This document shows, piece by piece, positions 1 to 8,737 of a DNA stretch of 64,000 bases. Source of the DNA: Paracoccaceae bacterium (lineage in GTDB: Bacteria > Pseudomonadota > Alphaproteobacteria > Rhodobacterales > Rhodobacteraceae). Position 1 is the first letter of the stretch. Each line of letters opens with the position of its first letter. The notes under the pieces were generated by a model. That model was not told the DNA's origin and did no database searches. It saw only the letters and a program-made list of their open reading frames with translations. A program made the position numbers and the translations under genes. The DNA lies in NCBI GenBank assembly GCA_046155885.1, contig JBJXFU010000013.1, positions 1,070 to 65,069 of the forward strand, given 5' to 3'.

Positions 1-528
1 CATGTCGCGGCCGAGCCGGTCGGTGCCGAACAGGAAGAAGTTGCCGTCCTTCGGCGGGCAGACGAAATGGATGTCGCCCTCCACCAGTCCCCAGAACTTG
101 TAGGGATTGCCGTGGCAGAAGAACCGCAGCTTCTGCGGCGCCGAGGTGTCGGTCACGTAGTTCCGCCGCAGCGTCTCCATGTCCAACTCCATCCGGCGTT
201 CGTAGACGAAGGGGCCGACGAAGCTGCCGTCGTGGAAGAGATGGATGCCCTGCGGGGGCGCGTGGATGAAGTCGGTGTTGCGGGTCTGCACCCCGTAAGG
301 CGCGAGGAATTCGACGATGGCGATCATCAGGTACATCACCGCCAGGAAGACCGCCGAGATCAGCGCCAGGCGGTGGCGGCGGAACTTCCACCACATCAGG
401 CGCAGTTGCGAGGCCTGATAGACGCGTTCCTGTTCGGTCGTCATGGCGGTGACCGAGGCGGGGTCGAAGGGCGCCTGGGACACGTAGTGCGCCAGGGGGC
501 CGCCGGGCGGGGGAAGCCAGCCGCTCAC
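1..528 (-). CDS. ABC transporter permease, OppC/DppC/YejE-like (N-terminal part; gene continues beyond window start)
   Basis: The minus frame is open to position 1, so it is absent from the ORF track. Translation reads ...MTTEQERVYQASQLRLMWWKFRRHRLALISAVFLAVMYLMIAIVEFLAPYG...GTDRLGRDM. GTG at 528 overlaps the upstream stop (GTGA), and third-position GC stays very high across 445-528. ATG 444 is the alternative start. Confidence 0.75.
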   Translation of the reverse strand, partial: MSGWLPPPGGPLAHYVSQAPFDPASVTAMTTEQERVYQASQLRLMWWKFRRHRLALISAVFLAVMYLMIAIVEFLAPYGVQTRNTDFIHAPPQGIHLFHDGSFVGPFVYERRMELDMETLRRNYVTDTSAPQKLRFFCHGNPYKFWGLVEGDIHFVCPPKDGNFFLFGTDRLGRDM

Positions 529-1523
529 TTCGTGCTACCCCCCTGCAGGCGGATGCGCGGATCGAGTGCGGCGAGCGCGAGGTCGGACACCAGCACGCCG
601 ATCACGGTAAGGAAGGCGAGGAACATCAGGAAGGATCCGGCCAGGTACATGTCCTGACTTTGCAGCGCCTTGATCAGCATCGGGCCGGTGGTTTCGAGCG
701 AGAGCACCACGGCGGTGATCTCGGCCCCGGAGATGATCGCGGGAAGGATCGAGCCGATATCCGAGATGAAGAAGTTCAGCGCCATGCGGAGCGGGTACTT
801 CATCAGCGTGCGGAAGGGGCTGAGTCCCTTGGCGCGGGCGGTCACGACGTATTGCTTCTGCAGCTCGTCGAGCAGGTTGGCGCGGAGCCGGCGGACCATC
901 GCGGCGGTGCCGGCGGTGCCGATGATGATGACCGGGATCACCAGGTGCTGGAGGATCGAGACGGATTTTTCCCAGGAGAGGGGTTCGTTGAGGTATTTCT
1001 CGTCCATCAGATGGCCGATGGAGACGCCGAACCAGATGTTGGCGAAGTACATCAGGATCAGCGCGAACATGAAGTTCGGGATGGCGAGGCCCATAAGGCC
1101 GAGGAAGGTCAGTCCGTAGTCGCCCCAGCTGTACTGGTGGGTGGCCGAGTAGATGCCGATGGGGAAGGCGATCGCCCAGGTGAAGAGGATGGTGACGAAG
1201 GAGACCAGCACCGTCAGCCAGAGCCGGTCGCCCACCACATCGCTGACCGGCAGGCGGTATTCGAAGGAATAGCCGAAATCGCCCTGCAGCATGCCGCCGA
1301 CCCAGCGCAGGTAGCGGATCGGCAGCGGCTGGTCGAAGCCGTAGCGTTCCTTCAGGTCCTGGATTTCGGCGCTGTCGGCGGCTTCGCCGAGCGCCTGGAG
1401 TTCAGCCACGTAGCTTTCGAAATAGTCCCCCGGCGGCAGTTCGATGATGAGGAAGACGAGCATCGAGATGAGGATCAGGGTCGGGACCATGACCGCGACG
1501 CGCCAGAGGATGTAGCGGAACAT
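525..1523 (-). CDS. ABC transporter permease, OppB/DppB/YejB-like
   Basis: 332 aa with multiple TM segments. It carries a BPD-transporter EAA-type region (VVTARAKGLSPFRTLMKYPLRMAL) and is tightly packed between the binding-protein and second permease genes. Confidence 0.9.
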   Translation of the reverse strand: MFRYILWRVAVMVPTLILISMLVFLIIELPPGDYFESYVAELQALGEAADSAEIQDLKERYGFDQPLPIRYLRWVGGMLQGDFGYSFEYRLPVSDVVGDRLWLTVLVSFVTILFTWAIAFPIGIYSATHQYSWGDYGLTFLGLMGLAIPNFMFALILMYFANIWFGVSIGHLMDEKYLNEPLSWEKSVSILQHLVIPVIIIGTAGTAAMVRRLRANLLDELQKQYVVTARAKGLSPFRTLMKYPLRMALNFFISDIGSILPAIISGAEITAVVLSLETTGPMLIKALQSQDMYLAGSFLMFLAFLTVIGVLVSDLALAALDPRIRLQGGSTK

Positions 1524-1524
1524 G

Positions 1525-3402
1525 TCAGGTCGCCTCGTCGAGCCAGAAGGTGTCGGGCAGGTAGACGCCGAGATAGCTGGTCGGGTCGAAGCCGTAGAGG
1601 CCGTCGGCGGGCAAGTTGCGGAGCCGCCGGGTGTGCACGATCGGCTGCAGTGTCGAATTGATGATGCCGATCGAGAATACCTGGTCGGCGTGCAGTTTCA
1701 GCATCTTGTGCCAGACTGCCTCGCGTTCGGCGGTGGTTTCGGTGCGCGTCCAGGCGAGGTAGAGGTCGAGCAGTTCCTGCCCTTCCGGCATGTCGGGCGG
1801 GGCGCCTTCCTCGCCGCGCGAATAGTAGTGGACGCCCCATTGCGGCCAGGCGAGCTGGTCGTCGAGCGTGGGGGCGAGCGCGGCGGGCGACATGTCGGCC
1901 GTCGGCACGCCGTTGTCGAGGCCCTGCCAGATCGACATCACCACGTCGCCGGACTTGGCGCGGCTGCGGAAGAGGTCGCGCTGCGAGACGCGGGTGAAGA
2001 GCGCCACGCCGGCTTCGCGCCAGTGGTCGCGGATCAGTTCCAGCACATCGGTCTCGAGCGTGCTTTCGCCGGCGGATTCGACGACGATCTGGAAGGGTTC
2101 GCCGTTCGGCAAAAGCCGGATGCCGTCGAAGCGGCGGTCGGCGAGCCCGGCCTCGTCAAGAAGGGCGTTCGCGGCGGCGAGATCGCGGATGGCCCAGGCC
2201 GAGGCGTATTCGGGCTGGTAGAGGGGGCTTTCGGGCAGGACGGTATCGGCGCTTTCGGTGGCCAGGCCAAAGAACGAGACCATGTTGACCTCGTGCCGGT
2301 CGAGCGCGAGGGAGAGCGCGCGGCGGACGCGCACGTCGCGCATCAGGCCCTGCCAGACCGGATCGGCGCAGTTCAGGTTGGGATAGAGCGCGATCCGGGC
2401 GCCCTGCGTGCGCTTCCACGTCACCAGCCTGACCGGGTGGCTTTTCTCGGCGGCCTTCAGGTAGGGGTAGTCGACGAAGTCGAGCCCGGTCATCTGCAGG
2501 TCGCTTTCGCCGGCGCCGGTCTTGGCCGAGATGATCCCCGAGGAACTGACGTTCAGGATCACCTTGTCGATGTAGGGAAGCTGGACGCCGTTTTCGTCGG
2601 CCCGGTGGAAATAGGGGTTGCGCACGAAGGTGAACTGCTCGGCCGGGGGCGCGATGGTGTTCACCCAAGGGTCGAGCATGGGCAGTTCGGGGTTTTCCGG
2701 GCGATAGCTGCGCGACATCTTGGCGTGCAGGTCCTTCCAGTCCTCGACCTCGTTGGCCTTGACGAGTTCGTCGAGTTTCGCCTCGTCCTGGTAGTCGTTG
2801 TGGAACTGCCTGAGGTAGTGCGACGGCATCGCGATGACGGTGGGCTGGGCGGCGGCGAGGCGGGGCAGGAAGTCGGGGTTGGGGTCTTCCCAGGTGTAGC
2901 GGACGGTCAGGTCGTCGATCACCTCGAAGACGGGTTCCTTGCCGCCCGCCATCAGTTCGGACGGCGGGCCGCCCTTGCGGAGTTTCTTGTTCTTCAGGAC
3001 GTCCTGCCAGCAGTAGCGGAAGTCCTCGGAGGTGAAGGGGTGGCCGTCCGACCAGCGGTGTCCGGCGCGGATGCGGAAGGTGAAGACGCGGTCTTCGATC
3101 TCTTCGAACCATTCCAGGATATCCGGGCGAACGGTCAGGAACTCGTCATAGCCGACGAGGCGGGCGTAGCCGTTGACCGTCATCAGGCGGATGTCGCGCT
3201 GGCCGCCGATGATGGTGGTGAGTGTGCCGCCGCGCTGCCCCGGCGTCCGGCCCATGCCGGCGAGGTTGACGATGCGCGGCACCTGCGGCAGGCCTTCGGA
3301 ACCGGCGGCGGGCGGCGCGAGCGTCAGTCCGGCGCGGAGCGCGCCGGGCGCGGCGCAGCCGGCCGCGGCGGAAAGGGCGAGGAAATCGCGGCGGCGGATC
3401 AA
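1525..3402 (-). CDS. ABC transporter substrate-binding protein, family 5 (peptide/nickel, YejA-like), Tat-type signal
   Basis: The ORF is open up to 3522. TTG at 3402 is preceded by GGAGG and gives an LIRRRDFLALSAAAG twin-arginine N-terminus. The ~620 aa body is typical of large SBP_bac_5 proteins. The start is uncertain (3402, 3498 or 3522). Confidence 0.85.
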   Translation of the reverse strand: MIRRRDFLALSAAAGCAAPGALRAGLTLAPPAAGSEGLPQVPRIVNLAGMGRTPGQRGGTLTTIIGGQRDIRLMTVNGYARLVGYDEFLTVRPDILEWFEEIEDRVFTFRIRAGHRWSDGHPFTSEDFRYCWQDVLKNKKLRKGGPPSELMAGGKEPVFEVIDDLTVRYTWEDPNPDFLPRLAAAQPTVIAMPSHYLRQFHNDYQDEAKLDELVKANEVEDWKDLHAKMSRSYRPENPELPMLDPWVNTIAPPAEQFTFVRNPYFHRADENGVQLPYIDKVILNVSSSGIISAKTGAGESDLQMTGLDFVDYPYLKAAEKSHPVRLVTWKRTQGARIALYPNLNCADPVWQGLMRDVRVRRALSLALDRHEVNMVSFFGLATESADTVLPESPLYQPEYASAWAIRDLAAANALLDEAGLADRRFDGIRLLPNGEPFQIVVESAGESTLETDVLELIRDHWREAGVALFTRVSQRDLFRSRAKSGDVVMSIWQGLDNGVPTADMSPAALAPTLDDQLAWPQWGVHYYSRGEEGAPPDMPEGQELLDLYLAWTRTETTAEREAVWHKMLKLHADQVFSIGIINSTLQPIVHTRRLRNLPADGLYGFDPTSYLGVYLPDTFWLDEAT

Positions 3403-3691
3403 GCCCGCCTCCGGGGCAGCCGGGATGCTCGGGCGCCGGGCCGCGCCGCGTCCGGCGCAGTATCGACAGCGGCGACCGGCGCTGCGGCCGCGGACCATTC
3501 TTCGGACATCGGTCTTTCCCACCCTCGCGGACTCGCGGGCCCGCTCATCGCCACCGCCCTTCGCCGGGCTTCGGGTCCGGGGCGAGGCGGTCGCGGGCCA
3601 AGCCTAGCCGAGGCGCCGGAGGCTGTCTATCGAGCAAGGAGAGGACAATCCGGGCGGCCTGTGCCGCGCCGGACGCCACGGCCGGCGAAGC

Positions 3692-5035
3692 TCAGCGGAT
3701 GATGGATTCGAGCAGCGCCGGCCGCTGCACCCGGCTGTCGCGGTAGAGCAGCATCACCTGTTCGGCGTCCGACCGTGCTTCGCCCAAGTCTTCGCCCGCC
3801 GGTTGCGAGGGGTCGGGGAGCAGCAGGTCGCTGGACGGCGCATAGACCGCGACCTTCTGGCGGACGCCCTTCAGGGCTTCGCGGCCGAGAAGCGTCCAGC
3901 CGCCGCTGGTGTAGGTGGTGAAGGCCTCGCTGGCGACGACCTGGGTGGGGAACTTCTTGGTCAGGCTTTCCAGCCGCTGCACCTCGTTCACCGCCGAGCC
4001 GAAGGCCGAGAAGGTCAGCCGCTGCTTCAGCCCGACATTGCCGAGCATGACGTTGCCGATGTGCAGCCCGAGGCCGAAGCGGACCGGTTCGAGCCCCGAG
4101 GCAACGCGATGCCGGTTGAGTTCGGTCACCCGGGCATTGGCGAGGCGCACCGCGCGGAGCGCCGCCTCGGCGGCGATGCGCGAGGGGTCGCGGTGGCGTT
4201 CGCAGGGGTAGACGGCGAGGAAGCCGTCGCCGACGAAGCTGAGGATTTCGCCGCCGTCGCCGTTGAAGGGCGAGGCGATCGCGTCGAAGAACTGGTTGAG
4301 CGTGTCGATATAGACCTGCCGACCGCCCCGGTCGGCGAGTGCGGTCGAATCGCGCAGGTCGCCCATGACGAGGACCGCCCGCATGGTTTCGCCGTCGCCG
4401 CGGCGGATCTGGCCGGAAAGCACCCGCCGGCCGGCGTTGCCGCCGAGGTAGGTCGTCATCATGTTGTCGGCGAGCTTCGAGAGGACCGCCATCTTGGCGG
4501 CCACGGCGAGGCTTTCCTGCACACGGAGCAGCGCCTTGATCATGCTTTCGCTGAAGCCGTTGGCGCTGTCGGTCGTCCAGGACCCCATCATGCCCTGGGC
4601 GGCTTCGTTGTCGAAGAGATGTGCGAAGGCGATGTAGTCGGTGGCGCCCATTTCCTGCAGGTCGGAGAAGACCGGGAATTCGGGCGTGTCGCCGGAGCGG
4701 ATGCGGCGGCGGAGGTGGTCGAGCCCGTGGCTGAGCAGGTGGTAGTAGGGGCTGGAGAGGAAGCGTTCCGAGGAGGAGACGTTGGCCGACGACCGCAGAC
4801 CCTCGACCTTGACGCCTTCGCCGCGCTTCCAGGTGAAGCCGACCGCGCCGTAGAGCGGGTGCAGGACCGAGAAGCTGAGATGCGCCCGCATCAGCGGGAT
4901 GCCCGCCGCGTGAAGGCGGTCGCAGACGCCGGTGGCGAGGCGTTCGAGGTCTTCGTTGCCGAGTGCCGCGCGCTTCAGCCAGGCGGTCACGCGTTCGACC
5001 AGGATTTCGGACAGTTCGGCTGTGTCAGCGGTCAC
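3692..5035 (-). CDS. Class III adenylate/guanylate cyclase with ~250 aa N-terminal sensor-like domain
   Basis: Cyclase motifs are visible in the C-terminal part: VLVMGDLRDSTALAD, SFVGDGFLAVY, GLHIGNVMLGNVG and FGSAVNEVQRLESL. GTG start at 5035 (VTADTAELSE). The track ORF extension up to 6340 is Arg/Pro-rich shadow sequence. Confidence 0.85.
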   Translation of the reverse strand: MTADTAELSEILVERVTAWLKRAALGNEDLERLATGVCDRLHAAGIPLMRAHLSFSVLHPLYGAVGFTWKRGEGVKVEGLRSSANVSSSERFLSSPYYHLLSHGLDHLRRRIRSGDTPEFPVFSDLQEMGATDYIAFAHLFDNEAAQGMMGSWTTDSANGFSESMIKALLRVQESLAVAAKMAVLSKLADNMMTTYLGGNAGRRVLSGQIRRGDGETMRAVLVMGDLRDSTALADRGGRQVYIDTLNQFFDAIASPFNGDGGEILSFVGDGFLAVYPCERHRDPSRIAAEAALRAVRLANARVTELNRHRVASGLEPVRFGLGLHIGNVMLGNVGLKQRLTFSAFGSAVNEVQRLESLTKKFPTQVVASEAFTTYTSGGWTLLGREALKGVRQKVAVYAPSSDLLLPDPSQPAGEDLGEARSDAEQVMLLYRDSRVQRPALLESIIR

Positions 5036-5075
5036 GTGGCGCCTCGTTCGGTTGATTCCCGGGGCTTCGCGCCCG

Positions 5076-5104
5076 TTGACCCGGGGTGCCGGGCGGCTGA
5101 GAAT
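5076..5104 (+). promoter_or_regulatory. Candidate sigma70-type promoter TTGACC-N17-GAGAAT upstream of the DUF3095 gene
   Basis: TTGACC at 5076-5081, a 17-nt spacer and GAGAAT at 5099-5104, all in the divergent intergenic region. This is a motif match only. Confidence 0.3.
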
Positions 5105-5239
5105 ATAGGGACGCGCGGCCGCCTGAGCCAGAGCGGGGCGACCCGCGCCGCCGCGCCGGGGCCGCGCGGCGGCGCACAACTTCTCACACAGGCGTGTGGG
5201 CGCGACGCGCCGGCTGTGCCGATGCGGCCGGGCTGTGCT

Positions 5240-6415
5240 ATGGCTCGGCGAATGGAACATGGCGACGCCCCGTCCTTTCTGGCCTCGATCCCGGTCTTCG
5301 AGCGGTTCGGCGATGTCGCCGACCCGGCGCGGTACCATCCGTTGCCCAATGGCTGGTCGCTGGCGATGGCCGACGTCGTCGGATCGACCGAGGCGATCCG
5401 GCGGGGGGCCTACAAGAGCGTCAACATGGCCGGCGCCGCGGTGATTTCGGCGGTGTCGAACGGTCTGGGAATCACCGGGCTGCCGTTCATCTTCGGCGGC
5501 GACGGTGCCTTTGTGGCGGTACCGCCGGGCGGCGAGGCGAAGGCGTCGGAAGCACTTGCGGCGATGCGGACCTGGAGCCTGGAGGAACTCGGGCTTGACA
5601 TGCGGGTGGCGCTGGTGCCGGTCGCCGAGATCAGGGCGGCGGGGCAGGACGTGCGGGTGGCGCGGTTCCGCGCGAGTTCCGAGGTGAGTTACGCGATGTT
5701 CTCGGGCGGCGGGGCGAGCTGGGCCGAGCGCGAGATGAAGCTTGGCCGCTTCGCGATAGCGGGCGCGCCGGATGGCACCCGTCCCGACCTGACGGGTCTG
5801 TCCTGCCGCTGGGCGCCGGTGGCCTCGCGGCACGGCGAGATCGTTTCGATCATCGTCATTCCGGTGCCCGGAAGCGACCCGAAGGTGTTCACGGCGCTTG
5901 TCGGCGATCTGGCGAAGCTGTCGGCCGAGGAAGAGCGCGAGGGCAACCCGATTCCCGCCGCCGGGCCGCCTTTGGCGATCAACGTCTGGGGTGTCGGCGC
6001 CGAGGCGCGGCTGACGACCGGGACGCTGGCGCGTCTGATGAAGCGGCTGGGCGTGTGGTTCGCGCTTTGCCTGGTGGTCGTCCTGCACAAGCTGAACGGC
6101 AGCCTCGGGGGGTTCCATGCGCGGCGCTACACGCAGGACATCGCGCTGAACGCCGATTTCCGGAAGTTCGACGACGGGTTGAAGATGACGATCGACGTGA
6201 CGACGGCGCGGCGGAAGCGGATCGAGGAGCGTCTGGCCGCCGCCGAGGCCGCAGGCATCTGCCGCCATGCGGTTCTGGTGCAGGACAGCGCGCTGATGAC
6301 CTGCATCGTGCCGACGCCGCTGGGGCGCGACCACATGCACTTCGTTGATGGCGGGTCGGGCGGCTATGCGGCGGCGGCGACGCGGCTGAAGGCGTCGCTG
6401 GCCGCCGCCCCCTGA
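5240..6415 (+). CDS. DUF3095-family protein (uncharacterised, nucleotide-cyclase-like N-terminal motifs)
   Basis: 391 aa: MARRMEHGDAPSFLASIPVFERFGDVADPARYHPLPNGWSLAMADVVGSTEAIRRGAYKSVNMAGAAVI...IFGGDGAFVAVPP. This matches my recollection of DUF3095 architecture and length. ATG 5252 is the alternative start. Confidence 0.8.
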   Translation: MARRMEHGDAPSFLASIPVFERFGDVADPARYHPLPNGWSLAMADVVGSTEAIRRGAYKSVNMAGAAVISAVSNGLGITGLPFIFGGDGAFVAVPPGGEAKASEALAAMRTWSLEELGLDMRVALVPVAEIRAAGQDVRVARFRASSEVSYAMFSGGGASWAEREMKLGRFAIAGAPDGTRPDLTGLSCRWAPVASRHGEIVSIIVIPVPGSDPKVFTALVGDLAKLSAEEEREGNPIPAAGPPLAINVWGVGAEARLTTGTLARLMKRLGVWFALCLVVVLHKLNGSLGGFHARRYTQDIALNADFRKFDDGLKMTIDVTTARRKRIEERLAAAEAAGICRHAVLVQDSALMTCIVPTPLGRDHMHFVDGGSGGYAAAATRLKASLAAAP

Positions 6416-6529
6416 GCCGGGCGGAGGCGGCCCGGCGAAGCCCGTGGACGAAGCGGAAGGCAGAGGCTAGGGTCGCCCGAAAGGGATGCGCGCGGCCGAC
6501 AGGCGCGGGGGCGGGGAGCAGCAGGAAAG

Positions 6530-8422
6530 ATGACCGGCGGCGGCGATCTTCTGCGGATCGAGGACCTGAGCGTGTCGTTTTCGCTGCTTGGCGGGCCGCT
6601 TGACGCGGTGCGGGGCGCCAGCCTGAGGGTGCTTCCCGGCAAGGTCACGGCGCTGGTGGGCGAGTCGGGGTCGGGCAAGTCGGTGATCAGCCAGGCGGTG
6701 CTGGGCATCCTGCCGAGGATCGCGACGGCGCGCGGGCGCATCCTGTTTTCGGACCCCGGAAGCGCCGGGCCGCCGACCGACATCCTGGCGCTGCCGACGG
6801 ACGGGCCGGAAATCCGGGCGCTGCGCGGGCGGCGGATCGGGAAGATTTTCCAGGAGCCGATGACCTCGCTGTCGCCGCTGCACACCATCGGCAACCAGAT
6901 CGGCGAGGTGCTGCGCATCCACGAGGGCGCGGGGCGCGAGGAGCAGCGGGCGAAGACCATCGAGATGCTGGGGCTGGTCGGGTTCCCGAACCCGGTGCGC
7001 GCCATCGACATGTATCCCTTCGAGCTTTCGGGCGGCATGCGGCAGCGCGCGATGATCGCCATGGCGCTGATCTGCCGGCCGGCGCTGCTGGTCGCGGACG
7101 AGCCCACGACGGCGCTGGACGTGACGATCCAGGCGCAGATCCTCGAACTGCTGCGCGAGCTGCAGAAGACGCTGAACATGGCGCTTCTGCTCATCACCCA
7201 CGATCTCGGCGTCGTCGCCAACACCGCCGACGAGGTGGTGGTGATCTACCACGGCCAGGTGATGGAGGCGGGGCCGGTCGACGGCATCTTCCGCCGGCCG
7301 GTGCATCCCTATCTGAAGGGCCTGATGGCGGCGGTGCCGCATTTCGACATGAAGCCCGGCGAGCGGCTGAAGTCGCTGCGCGACATTCCGGTGCAGTCGA
7401 CCGAGCTGGTCGGACGGACGGGCGGGGCGCATGTGCCCGGCAAGCTGCCCGAAATGCTGCTGACGGTGCGCGACCTGTCGAAATCGTTCTCGACGCGGAA
7501 ATCCGGCTTCTTCGGGGGGGGACAGGCAGCGAGCGTCAAGGCCGTCGACGGGGTGAGTTTCGATCTGAAGCGCGGCGAGTGCCTGGGGTTGGTGGGCGAA
7601 AGCGGCTGCGGCAAGACGACGGTCAGCAAGATCCTGATGCGCGCGGTGACGCCGGACAGCGGATCGGTGAGCTTCCATGACGAGATGGGTGCCCATGACG
7701 TCCTGGCGGCCGAGGGTTCCGCGCTGCAGTTGATGCGGACCCGCATCCAGATGGTGTTCCAGGACCCGGTGTCTTCGCTTTCGCCCCGGATGACGGTGCA
7801 GAACATCCTGAGCGAGCCCCTGGAAATCCACAGCCGCGGCACGGCGGCCAGCCGCTTCCAGACGGCGGCGGCGCTGATGGACGCGATCGGGCTGGACCGG
7901 CGCTATCTGAACCGTTACCCGCACAGCTTCTCGGGCGGGCAGCGGCAGCGGATCGGGATCGCGCGGGCGCTGGCGCTGGGGCCGGACCTCTTGATCTGCG
8001 ACGAGCCTGTCTCGGCGCTGGATGTGTCGGTGCAGGCGCAGATCCTGAACCTTCTGAAGGACCTGCAGGCCGATCTCGGGCTGACCTATCTGTTCATTTC
8101 GCACAACCTCGCGGTCGTCGACTACATGGCCGACCGGATCGCCGTGATGTACCAGGGACGGATCGTCGAGCTGGCGCCGCGCGAGGTGCTGATGCGGGCG
8201 CCGGTGCATCCCTATACGAAATCGCTGCTCGCGGCGGTTCCCTTCCCCGATCTCGACCGCCCGCTGGACTTCGGAATCATCCGCACCGAGGGGTTGAGCG
8301 GTACGGCGAACTGGCCCGCGGCCTTCGTGGCCGAACGGGACGGACTTGCGGCGATGGACCTTGGCGAAGGGCATCTCGTTCTGGCGCGGCCCGGTTCCGA
8401 TGCGCGCGAACTGCGCGCCTGA
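6530..8422 (+). CDS. ABC transporter ATP-binding protein, fused double ATPase (YejF-like)
   Basis: 630 aa with two full NBDs. First: GESGSGKSV, LSGGMRQR, LLVADEPTTALD. Second: GESGCGKTT, FSGGQRQR, LLICDEPVSALD. Confidence 0.93.
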   Translation: MTGGGDLLRIEDLSVSFSLLGGPLDAVRGASLRVLPGKVTALVGESGSGKSVISQAVLGILPRIATARGRILFSDPGSAGPPTDILALPTDGPEIRALRGRRIGKIFQEPMTSLSPLHTIGNQIGEVLRIHEGAGREEQRAKTIEMLGLVGFPNPVRAIDMYPFELSGGMRQRAMIAMALICRPALLVADEPTTALDVTIQAQILELLRELQKTLNMALLLITHDLGVVANTADEVVVIYHGQVMEAGPVDGIFRRPVHPYLKGLMAAVPHFDMKPGERLKSLRDIPVQSTELVGRTGGAHVPGKLPEMLLTVRDLSKSFSTRKSGFFGGGQAASVKAVDGVSFDLKRGECLGLVGESGCGKTTVSKILMRAVTPDSGSVSFHDEMGAHDVLAAEGSALQLMRTRIQMVFQDPVSSLSPRMTVQNILSEPLEIHSRGTAASRFQTAAALMDAIGLDRRYLNRYPHSFSGGQRQRIGIARALALGPDLLICDEPVSALDVSVQAQILNLLKDLQADLGLTYLFISHNLAVVDYMADRIAVMYQGRIVELAPREVLMRAPVHPYTKSLLAAVPFPDLDRPLDFGIIRTEGLSGTANWPAAFVAERDGLAAMDLGEGHLVLARPGSDARELRA

Positions 8423-8737
8423 GCCCGGGGGCGGCGGTGGCTGGCGGAACTCCGCCGGCCGGCCGCCAGAGCGGGCACGGCCGGCCGGAAACGCGCGGCG
8501 CGATTGTCCGCGGGTGGCATTGTCAGGCAGGGTTCCGGCCGGTAAGAAGTGTCGTCGGCGACGCGGAGGTGCGCCCCCTGATTGCAGAGTTTCCGGCCGC
8601 GTCCGCGCACGAAGTTCCGCGACATCCCCGGAAGCGGGGTACCGGAACGGATCACCGGGCATGCGGCTGCCGGTTTAGGACAATGATGAACCGCGTCGCC
8701 CCGCGAACGGGGCCTCGCCCGACCGACCGAGCCTGAG

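Noticed and set aside
1522-3702. Very long ORFs on the strand opposite to, or out of frame with, real genes. Examples: 660..1661 +, 1522..3702 +, 6467..8662 -, 8675..9895 -, 12033..14432 -, 14463..16211 -, 15610..17439 +, 20263..23556 +, 39941..41086 +, 43962..45728 +, 46116..47522 +, 56549..59428 -, 59629..60633 -, 62599..63678 -.
   Set aside because: Their translations are Arg/Gly/Pro/Ala-rich low-complexity sequence with no recognisable motifs. They exactly shadow genes with clear family signatures. This is typical of stop-codon-poor high-GC DNA.
5181-5198. CRP/Clr-like site: TCACAC-AGGC-GTGTGG inverted repeat in the cyclase/DUF3095 intergenic region.
   Set aside because: The half-sites are in the wrong order (TCACA...TGTG rather than TGTGA-N6-TCACA) and the spacing is wrong. 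I kept it only as an unexplained short palindrome.
5036-6340. N-terminal extensions of track ORFs: 3692..6340, 3803..6415, 35065..38847, 46059..48278, 47399..48505, 20419..24315 and 29629..30885.
   Set aside because: Only the C-terminal portions look like proteins. The internal ATG/GTG starts coincide with family N-termini, operon overlaps (ATGA/GTGA) or SD sequences. The extensions also overlap other well-supported genes.
3692-6415. Possibility that the cyclase pair, together with the cNMP-binding protein at 15219, is a Pycsar/CBASS-like anti-phage signalling system.
   Set aside because: No effector-type gene (TIR, TM-cNMP fusion, nuclease, phospholipase) lies adjacent to the cyclases. The cNMP protein is 9 kb away inside a glycan operon. 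The cyclase has a large sensor domain typical of housekeeping alphaproteobacterial Cya proteins.
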